In this document: positions 12,164 to 21,900 of the stretch, in pieces
Layout of the letters: every line of letters begins with the position of its first letter
Position numbering within the stretch: the stretch's first letter is position 1
Origin: Monocercomonoides exilis PA203
Taxonomy: Eukaryota > Protista > Preaxostyla
Length of the DNA stretch: 64,000 nucleotides
Assembly: GCA_001643675.2 (NCBI GenBank)
Contig: LSRY02000015.1
Coordinates: 1,612,001 to 1,676,000 of the forward strand
Direction of reading: 5' to 3'
Program-made: the position numbers and the translations under genes
Notes under the pieces: generated by a model
What the model saw: only the letters and a program-made list of their open reading frames with translations
Databases searched by the model: none
Told to the model about the DNA's origin: nothing

Positions 12164-13225
12164 AAAAGAAAAAAACATTGTTACATATGAATTTTGGTTT
12201 TCAAATGAAATAACGAAAAAAATGAAAAAGTTGCAAACTTTAAATTTGGAGAACATTAATGAAAAATTGTATTTTATCTTCGGCATGATTAAAGAAAGGT
12301 GGGCAAAAAACTTTTATTGAAAAAATGGTGAAAAAAGAGTACCCCTCCGTGTTCGAACCTTCAACTCACTAACTTGCAAGTTTGTAAATAAATCGCTGGC
12401 GATGATCGGCAAAAGTGTTATTTTTTTTTATTCTTTTCTTGCACAAATATTTATTGCAAAACCCTTACCCAAAAAATGATCAAAAAATGAACCATTTTTT
12501 TCATACACAAACCCTTTAAAGAAGAGCGGGAATTAAACCCTAAGCCCAAGAACTGTTTCGCAAACCCCACAACCTCAACCAAGCAATTAATATAGAGATT
12601 ATTATTAAATATTAACCTGAAAAAAGAATAATACTGGGTCAGTTCAATTCTGCCAACCTTTCTTAAATATTACCCATTTATCCAAAATTCTTTCTATTTT
12701 TTCATTCAAAGATGAATAAATTTTCTTTCTTTTTTTATGATTAGTCATTGAAAAAATTGAAGCATTGGTCGAACATTCAAGTGAATGTATTTATAAACTA
12801 TATTATTTTTTAATAAACATGTCAAAAAGGAATAAATAATAAAAAGAAAAATTAACAAACAATTATTTGAGATTTTGTATACTCAAGCAAATAATCGAAC
12901 TTTTTGCTTTTCTTTCGTTCATAACACTTGCTTTTTAATTAAATGCATAATTAAAAAAAAAATACGAATACAATAGAAGCATCGATGAACATTGCAATTG
13001 TAATTCTTTCAGTATTGCAACATTGCAAAAAATAATTTTCGCATCAAAGCTTGACCACTCAGATCTGAGTCATGTTAATCAAATAAATCCCCAAGATATT
13101 CTTGACATTAACAATTCCTTCAATTTCGTTTGTTTCTTTTAATATTCCATTTAAATCCAATTAAGAATGTGTGTAATATTTGTTGAAGTTTCTTTCTTCA
13201 TTTAAATTGTGATGTTCCATAATAT

Positions 13226-15499
13226 TCAAAGATTATTGGCTTTTTTTGTTATCTTTCTTTTTTTGTCTGGAGCCTTTTCCTTTCCAATTACATTTTCTTC
13301 AATTTTGAAGCAGAAAGTTTTTATGTCTTCTTTAATTCTTTCGAGATCTTCCTCAATTTCATCTCTCAATAGACTTTGAGTTTTCAAAGCTCTGAATATT
13401 TCTCGATGAATCATTTTCAATTGTTGATGAAGGGTCAAGCACTGCATATGCTTCGTCTTTCTCACGTTTTGAAGTTCATGATTGGTATTTTCAAACATTT
13501 CGCAGTGGCAGGCAAACTCCTTCTTCAAAGAATTAACAGCGTCTTCTTTTTCTTCAATTTCTTTCAGTAAAATCTCAAACTCATTCATCGTTTTCATTTT
13601 TCGAAATCTCATTTCTCCTAATTCCTCATCAATCTTTTCCACTTCATCTTGTGTAGTTTTAATAGACTGTGTTAAAAGCTCGATTCTCTTCGCATTCTCT
13701 TCGATCTTTAAAACTGCAGCTCTGTCTTGTTCTTCTCTCTGTTTTTTCAATGCATCTATTGCTGAATAATGTTGAGTTACAATATCACGAAGGGATTTGT
13801 TCTCTAAAAGAAGCCGCTTGAAATGAGCAGTTGATTCTTTTTCGTCCACTTTTGAGTCAATTGAAAGCGTTCCCTTTTCTCTTGCTCCAACAAAACCGTC
13901 CGTTTTGTTACTCAAATTTTCGTTTTTCCTGGCATTTTCAGCTGGCAAATAATCATCATTCTTCAAAATTTCTTTAAGTTCTTCAAACTTTTCGTTTTTT
14001 TCTTCAAGCGATCGGAGCTCTGATGTAACTTGATTTATTCTATCTTTAACTCTTTGATCTTCCTCTATCACAGTATGCATTTTAAGCTCGACCTCTTTCA
14101 TTTTTTCAGATTGGAGTTGCTTCAGCGAAAAAAGTCTTGTCTATATTTTAAAATATTATCAAAATTAGCAAGATAAATAGAAAAAAATAAAATCAATAAA
14201 ATTTATTGTTCACAAACAATCTCAAACCTGACGTTCTTCTATTTCTTTAGATACAAACTGAGCTTCCTTTTCTTGTTGATCACTTTCTGCTTCACATATT
14301 GATAAAAGTTTTTCCTTTTTCTTCAAAAGACGCTCCAAAAATTCGTGTTTCTGCTTTGCAAAATCGTGATCTGAATTTTGCTGTAAAAGTTCTTCATTTT
14401 CTTCTTTGTTTAAACAGCTATCTGAAAGCTGTGAAAAAGAATGCGAAGAAGAAAGTTCAGTTTGCACAGTCAAATCTGATGGCTTCGTTGTTTTGTCAGT
14501 ATTGATATTATCAGTGAAATATGAAAACCCTTTGACAAGTTCTTGATCAAAATGCTTTTGATACCCCTGACGATCAGAATGTTTTGCAAAATTCTCCGAC
14601 TGCTCTTCGTTTTCCGGATCAATACACATATGTTGATTCTCTTTGTAATTTGATTCATTTTCCTCTAAATCATTTCCAACCCTTTCAAATATGCTATTCA
14701 ATGGCTTTTCTTCGGCTGTATCTGATGTATCAACCATATTCAGTTCTTTATTTAATTCAGTTTCACTTCCTAAAGACAGGCCAGAATCAAATCCCATTTC
14801 TTGTTTCTCTCTTTCATCAAAATTCTCTGAATGTATATTTGCAGAAGAACTTTCTTGAAAAAACGATTCACTGTCAATGTTTGCACTTTTGCTTTCGGCA
14901 CTACTGGCTGAAAGCAAAGTGTCAACCGCTGATGCTGGATGCTCGTCATCTTCTTTGATTAATAAGTTTTCTGATTGAATTTTTGATGGATCGATAAAAT
15001 CACTTTGTGATTTGTCAATATGCATTTGCTCGTTCAATGCAGACTGTTCTAATGGTTTAGATTCATTAGGGGTCAAAAACTCAGATTGTATTCTATTTTT
15101 TGAACTGTGATGATGTCGATGCCTTGAACGAGAAAGACTTTGATTATCCTTGGATGAACTATCATATGAAGGTATAAAATGTGTCTTATGGAGAACTTTT
15201 TGTTGAAATGTCTCGAGTCCACTCCAATTTTTACTTGAAGACAAAGCTTTTTGTTGATCTGAATTCACTGTCGATTTTTGTTGCAAAGGATGCGAAGATG
15301 AAGGTGACTGTTGAATATCAACATCAGAAATACTAGAGGCCTTCCTTATGCCCCTTGATGAATCATTTCTTATTTCGTGACGCTGTTCCTTGACAGAAGA
15401 GTGTCTTGGCTGTGAAATTCTTTTCGTTAAAAATGATTGAGATTGAAAAAAAGAAGTTTGATAGGGCAATGAAATTCCTCTCTGATGTAGCGCAGCCAT
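13226..15499 (-). CDS. Two-exon hypothetical protein (~728 aa): disordered S/E-rich N-half, coiled-coil C-half
   Basis: Exon 1 is 15499-14228 and exon 2 is 14140-13226. The 87-bp intron 14227-14141 starts GTTTGA, contains TGCTAAT and ends ATAG. The phase-0 junction (...EERQ|TRLFSLKQ...) joins ORFs 14222-15499 and 13226-14101 in frame. Heptad-rich E/K/L sequence. Confidence 0.8.
14141..14227 (-). other. Spliceosomal intron (87 bp)
   Basis: GT...AG, branch-like TGCTAAT, AT-rich; its removal restores the reading frame. Confidence 0.8.
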
Positions 15500-15989
15500 T
15501 GAATAATAATTGCAAAATTTTTTGAATAAAAATATTTTAAAAATTCAACAAAAAAATAAAATAATAAGGGTTAAAAATTTGAGTGAAATACTTAATTAAT
15601 TGTTTCAAATTGATGGCTATATCTGTGCATTATCTATAAAAGAAATAAAAACATATTCGGATTTTCAAATTTCAAATTACGGTTAGAGAAGCGAAAATAC
15701 AAAATTGTTTTTGCTTTATAGAGGAAAGTGAGAGAATAGACATTTTGATATTTGCATACACTTTCAATTGTGCAGAGTTTTTGTGAAAAAATTTATGACA
15801 CTGCGATGCTCTCATTTTGATTCAATTTGTCAAAATACAAAGGCTGTTTCAAGTCTTTGCATTCTTCAAAAGTTGATGCTTTCACATAAAATCAATTTTG
15901 TTTGCAAATTTCTAATATTCTATTTGGCTTATTTGAAAAAAATAAAATTTTAAACATTTGTTATTTATTGAAAATATTATTTGTCAAAG
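15500..15989. promoter_or_regulatory. Probable bidirectional promoter region
   Basis: 490-bp AT-rich spacer between divergent start codons (15499 on -, 15990 on +). No specific elements identified. Confidence 0.35.
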
Positions 15990-18900
15990 ATGTCAATTCC
16001 AAAGCTAACATGCCATTCTTGCAATCTCACATGCTCTGACCCCTATATGTGTCTCGAATGCGTTTTTGTTGGATGCGTTAAACCTTGCGTTGGTTCACAT
16101 TATAAAGAAAAGCGTCATTGTCTCTTTTTTTCTTTTAGAACAGGAAGAATTGCTTGCGTTCACTGCAAATGCATGATATTGAATGGACTAGTTAGTCCTT
16201 TCTCGTTTCCGCGAAACAATGTGATTTTTCAACCAATGTGGACAATATCTCCAAGTTTTCTAAAACTTCACACCACACCTTTACCTCTTCATAACTTTTT
16301 CCCTGGCATTCGCAGATTAGTAGGACCTTCTAATAAAAGTTCTTCAAATTCTGTACTTCAATGCATTTTATCAATTCCACTTCTCAGACGCCTTTTTCTT
16401 TCATCTTCTTCACTTCTTCACATTCCAAGACATCTTCCTCCAAGTAAGCCCTGCAGCGTGTGTGAGTTGGAAAGGTTGCTTTGTGAATGTCATCAGGACT
16501 ATGGCTTTAGTGAAAGCGTCCTCAGACAAGAAGAGGGAAATGAAAGTTTTGATCTTCGACAAAAAAAAGGAAAAGAAAATGAAACAAATGACAATCTCAC
16601 TTTAAATCAGTCAAAAAACGAACAAGAAGAACATACAAGTCAAGCTTCAACAAACGCAAATGAGACAGGCGGAGAAAATGAGTTAAGGCAAGTTGCAAAC
16701 AAGAAGAATCAGCAGAGTTCGCCAAAAGCATCTTCCTCCGCAAAATCAACACGTGCAAATAGCAACTTAACTCTTCATCATCACCAGCATCGAATGCCTA
16801 TTGATCCTTCGAGACTTCTTTCGATTGTACTCGAAAAGTGTCCAAGTTTTGATTCAAGCAAAGACATTCAGCCGAACATGTTCTTTTTGTTACTTCTGAA
16901 TTCCCTCCATCTTCATGCGCCTCCAACAACACAAGCACCAAAAGACGAATTGGAAAGCAGCGGCATTGCTGAGAATGATAAAAAGAAGGATGATGGAGAC
17001 TCTCTTCTACAGGAATTGGAGAAAGAAGACCTCGAAAAGGATAAACTTTTCCAACAATCTTCTTCCACAAAAACGACTCAGTCAGATCCAAAATGCTTAA
17101 CAAGTCAACATGATCCTTTTGATTCTCTTCTTCCATCGCAATGCGGCTGCTTTGTCCACCAGCTGTTTGGCGGCTCAGTGGCCACCTCAACCGTCTGTGG
17201 ACAATGCGGTCATATCGACCTTTCTGTGAAATCTGTCTGCGAACTGCAGCTGGCTCTGCCGACTGCTTCTGAGCTGCGAAAGCGAAGAAGAAGGAAAGAA
17301 GCACAGGAGAAAGCAGACAATCATCGAGGCATCTTTCATCTGCACTCTGATGGAAAAGGGTTTGGAGACATTGACTCAAACGCATTTTCCATCCGCTCTA
17401 TGCAAAAGAACAAGTCTGCCTCGATTGTGCCATCTGACAGGCCATTTGGACTGCTGTCGTCGTTTGAGCAAGACGATCCGATGGCGATGATGGATTATCC
17501 TCTCTCAGATATAAGCTCTTCATCTTCCATGACACCGTCGTCTCCGTTTTCTTTGGCAGCTTCTGCTCTTTCTTCTTCTGTCACATCAATAGACCGCTCT
17601 TCAGCAGCACATTTGAATTCAACTTCTTCAGTCATTTCACCAACATCTCATGCCCTTTCATCACCTTCCCCTTTGTCACCCACTTCTTCTCCATCTTCCT
17701 CTTCCTCTTCTTCTTCTTCTTCTCATACTGCATTCTCCCCGTCTTCTTTGATTCTTCCGTCTGCTGTGAGCTCGTCGCATTCCGAGTCGTCTGTGTTTTT
17801 GCCTTCACCTTCTTCATTTTCTGTGATGCGCGACCGACGAAGCTTCGAATCCGACGGCTCAATCGCATCTGGGCAGGCAGGCTTTGCTTTCACTCCGCCG
17901 ATGAATACCGTGCTGAACCAGCCAACTTCCTATCAAAAGTCTCTTTTTGACGACAAAGACACTTCACTCTTTGGCGCACTGGAGCAGGACATGTTGGAGG
18001 AGCAACAGCAGATTTTGAATGCGGACAAACTGGAAAAGGGAAACTTCGACAAACAGACAAGAAGTGTCAAAAGATCACACAGCTATCTGCTGAACCAAAG
18101 AAAGACGAAGTCAGAGGGCAAAATGGGCAATGCGATGAAAGAAGGAAATGAAATGGCGCTTTCTGGAATCGATAGCGATAATGAAAGCTTTATCCACTCT
18201 GGGGAAAATGCGGCGTCCAATCTGGAAGAGCAAGGGAACATGGAAATTGGGAATGAAGATATGATTGAAGACTTCGAAGGAGGAGAAGGAATCGGCAACG
18301 ATGGAGGAGACGAAGGTGCGGTCGGGATGTTTGTTCAGAACGATGTCGAATCCCATCTCCATTCGCTTCATTCTCTTCACTCTCTTCATTCACTCCATTC
18401 GCTTCCACTAGACAGGATTTCTGAGCTCAACCTGAACGGACAGCTTGGCCTTCCAATGCTTTTTGACGGGCTGGAAGGAATGGAGCACAACGAAGTGCTT
18501 CGAGAAGATGGCATCAAGTCAAACATAGCTGATGCTGCAGATGCAGGTGCAAATGGCGAGATGTCTGTTTCTGTGAATGCTGCAGAGAACAACACGCATA
18601 TGGCTGATATACAGATTGATCTCACAGAAGCCATGCCTGCTCAGCTGAGAGAAACAGAAGAAACAGAAGAAACAACTCATTCAACAACAGCCGCATCCAA
18701 TTCGTTGTTCACTTCTGCTGAAGATGCAATGCAAATGCCGTTGATTCCTCACATTTCTGAGACAGGAGAGCAGAGCAACGAGGAAAACGATGCAAATGTA
18801 AACAGAAGATTGCTTCGATCATACAACTTTGATGAGCAGAGGCCCAACAGCCGCAAAGGAATGAACGATGGACAACTGTTTTCAGCGGAAGATGCAGAAG

Positions 18901-21900
18901 AAGCTGAAGAAGAAGCAGAAAATGATTCAGACACGATGCTTTCTCCGTTTGCGAGGCGAACTGGTTTGCCTGGCGGCGCTCCTCAAAGCACAAGCACTGC
19001 GACGATTGCATCACACAACGAAGGAGACAGACAGATGAGTGAAGCAACAGATGAAAGCGATGACGACTTTCTGGAAAGCGACGAAGAATTAAGTGAGGAG
19101 CATGCAAACATTGGGGATGGAGGAAGAACGCATGTGGATGCTCATGGAGAGGAAGAAGAACAAGAAGAAGAGGATGAAGAAGAGGAAGAGGAAGAGGAAG
19201 ATGAAAGCGAGGGCGAGGAAGAAGAAGATGAGGAGGAACAAGAAACAGGAAGCGCAGATGATGAGAATTATGCGTCAAGCGAAGAGGAAGAAGAAGAAGA
19301 AGAAGAAAAAGAGAGTGACTACGAAAGTGAAGAAGAAGAAGAAGAAGAAGAAGAGGAGGAGGAGGAGGAGTACAGAGAATCAGAAGATGATAAGATGATG
19401 GGCCATCATCACCATAAAGGAATGAAAAACAATTTGGGAAACTTTCGAAATGTGCGCGCTTTGCAGTCGCCTACCTCTCTGAAGGGTATAACAGAGATAG
19501 CTTCGTCTTCAAAGGAAGAGTATGGTCTGAATCTGTTTGGACAAGGCAAAGAGCCATCTGATGAGTCGCCTTTTGTTGTGCACAAGAGATTGACACCAGC
19601 AGACGATGAAGTCAAAAAGGAAAAGACGCCAAATGGCTCGTCTCTGTTTCCTCAATCAGAGGAGAGTGCAAGCAGAACTGGAGGTGAGCCACCAAGTGTT
19701 CTGAATGCTTCAGCTAATGTGATGCAAAGCGATTCAAAAGCTGGCTCAGAACAAGATCTGTCAGCCAAACAGCAGTCTAATCAATCCTCTTCTACAGCTT
19801 CTGCCGCAGAGCAAAGCCAATCACCAACAACGGAACTGTTTTATCCCACGCCCACTTTTTCTTCTGCAACCATTTCTTCGTCTGCAGATTCTACGCAATC
19901 GCTGAAACTTGAGCTTGTTCCGTACTCTCCGTCTCCTTCTATTATGCCTTCGAAGCTGATGAGCAACGCGGCTGATCAACAGAATGCAAATGGATATATG
20001 ACACAGCAATCAACCTCATCAAATGTGCAGCAGCTGTCAGCTTCATCTGCACATTCTGTCGCACCTGATCAGTTTTCAGACCAAAAGAAATATGCCACGC
20101 CATCAATGCCCAAAGGCACATCCTTCTCTTCGCAGGACGCTACTTCTCCACCAGATCTTCTATCGCCTTCGACTGAGAATTCCATTCCATCTCTTTCTGC
20201 TTCCTCATTTTCTCGCCCAACCACGTCACTTTCATACTCTTCTTCAGAAATGTACCTCCAAAATTCCTTCACATCTCCTTCTCTGCAGTCTTCACCAGCA
20301 CTTGTCCCATCTTCTTTGGCTTTCAGCGATGCTGGAACAGAAAAAAAGGCATCTTCACATTCCATCCTCTTCAAAAACTATCACAACCGCACTGCTCCTT
20401 TTAAGAGTTCAACCAATCTCGCTGAGTCATTTCATTTTTCCTCTTTTTATGATTTCTACTCGGCTTTCTTTAAAAATCCAAATGATTCTTCATCTTATTC
20501 GTCAAGTTTGAACACTTCTTCTTCTTCGCATGATTCTCTGTCTTCTTTCTCTGTTGCTTCTGCCGATGCTGTGAATGGCATGTATCGCAAACACCGACAC
20601 ACAAATTCTGTTGATCTTTCTGAATGTTTGTCTGCCTTCTGCAACTGTCAAAGCGAATGTGCTGATAACAATTCTGGTGGTTCTACTCATTCGATTGCCA
20701 ACGCAAATTCTGCTTTTTCAGATTCTTCCCATTCAGAAGCTAAATTAGCTGAGCACAAATGTCCTTCGTGTTTGTCTGCGAAATTGACAACGCAAAAGAC
20801 GTTGTTTTTACAGGTGCCGAATGTGTTGGTGATTAATCTTAACAGAGAAAAGAAGAAACGAGCTAAAAAGAGAAAAAGCCGCAAAGCAAGTGATTCGTAT
20901 GATTCAAGTTCTGAGATGAGAAGCGAAGAGTTAGCAGACGAGGAAAGCAGTTTGAATGAAGAGGAAGATGGGGAAGAAGAAGAAGAAGAAGAGGAGGAGG
21001 AGGAGGAAAAAGATGAAAACGAAATATCTGAATCTGTTTCAAACGATAATGCTCTTTATGATCATCAGAAAGCACAGCAAGGCCAGTCAACAAAGTCATA
21101 TTTTCCTTCTGATCTGTCGTCAACATCAGCGTCCTCCATTCTTTCCCATCATGCTGCAAATAGCGATGACGGCTCTTCAACAGAAGCTTCAGTGAAACAA
21201 GAGACATTTGACATTCAATTTACAGACCCAACAACTCCGCCGCCTTCGTATCATATTCCGCATCACGAAGACGCAGCTTATTCCGCTCTTTTTGCAGCCC
21301 AAACGGCAAACTTTGACACAAATCAGTATTTCAGTTCTATTTCGACTCTTCCTTCGCTGTCTAAAATACAATTAATGAAAAACAATATTCGAAAGAAGCA
21401 GCAGGGCCATCCTTTGAGCGTTTCTCAAATGCTTTCTCTGTCAAATGATCAATTTGCGTTTCAGACTGTATGCAAATCAGATGAGATGAAAGAGCAGATG
21501 GATTATCCATTTGATTCATCGATAAATGGCCATTTTCATTTACCGAACGATACAAATGGGGATCTGCCATCTCCTTTGAATGTTAAAAACCTGCCCAGCA
21601 ACATCAATTTATCTTCCAATTCTCATTTTCAGTTGTTCCAAATTCAAGTTGACGGAGAAGTTGGACGAGCTACTCCGAAAATTGTTTCATTCAACGACTC
21701 AGGATTTTTTGGAGAGAATAGGGGGCCATCGTCTTTCTCGTCCTCAACAACTTTTGACTCAAAGCATTCGCAAAAGCCTTCTCCAGATGGAAAGGCCTCA
21801 ATCAACTCTTCAAGTTCACTAAGCTCAAAAATAGAGCCGGACATCACTGGCTTGATCTCAACGCCTGAGAATCTTCCGAAACACGATATAAACACCATTG

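Noticed and set aside
12335-12380. tRNA-like GTTCGAACC motif
   Set aside because: No T-stem, acceptor stem or cloverleaf on either strand.
12455-12580. Telomere-like aaccct/aaaccc words
   Set aside because: Scattered and degenerate, not a tandem array.
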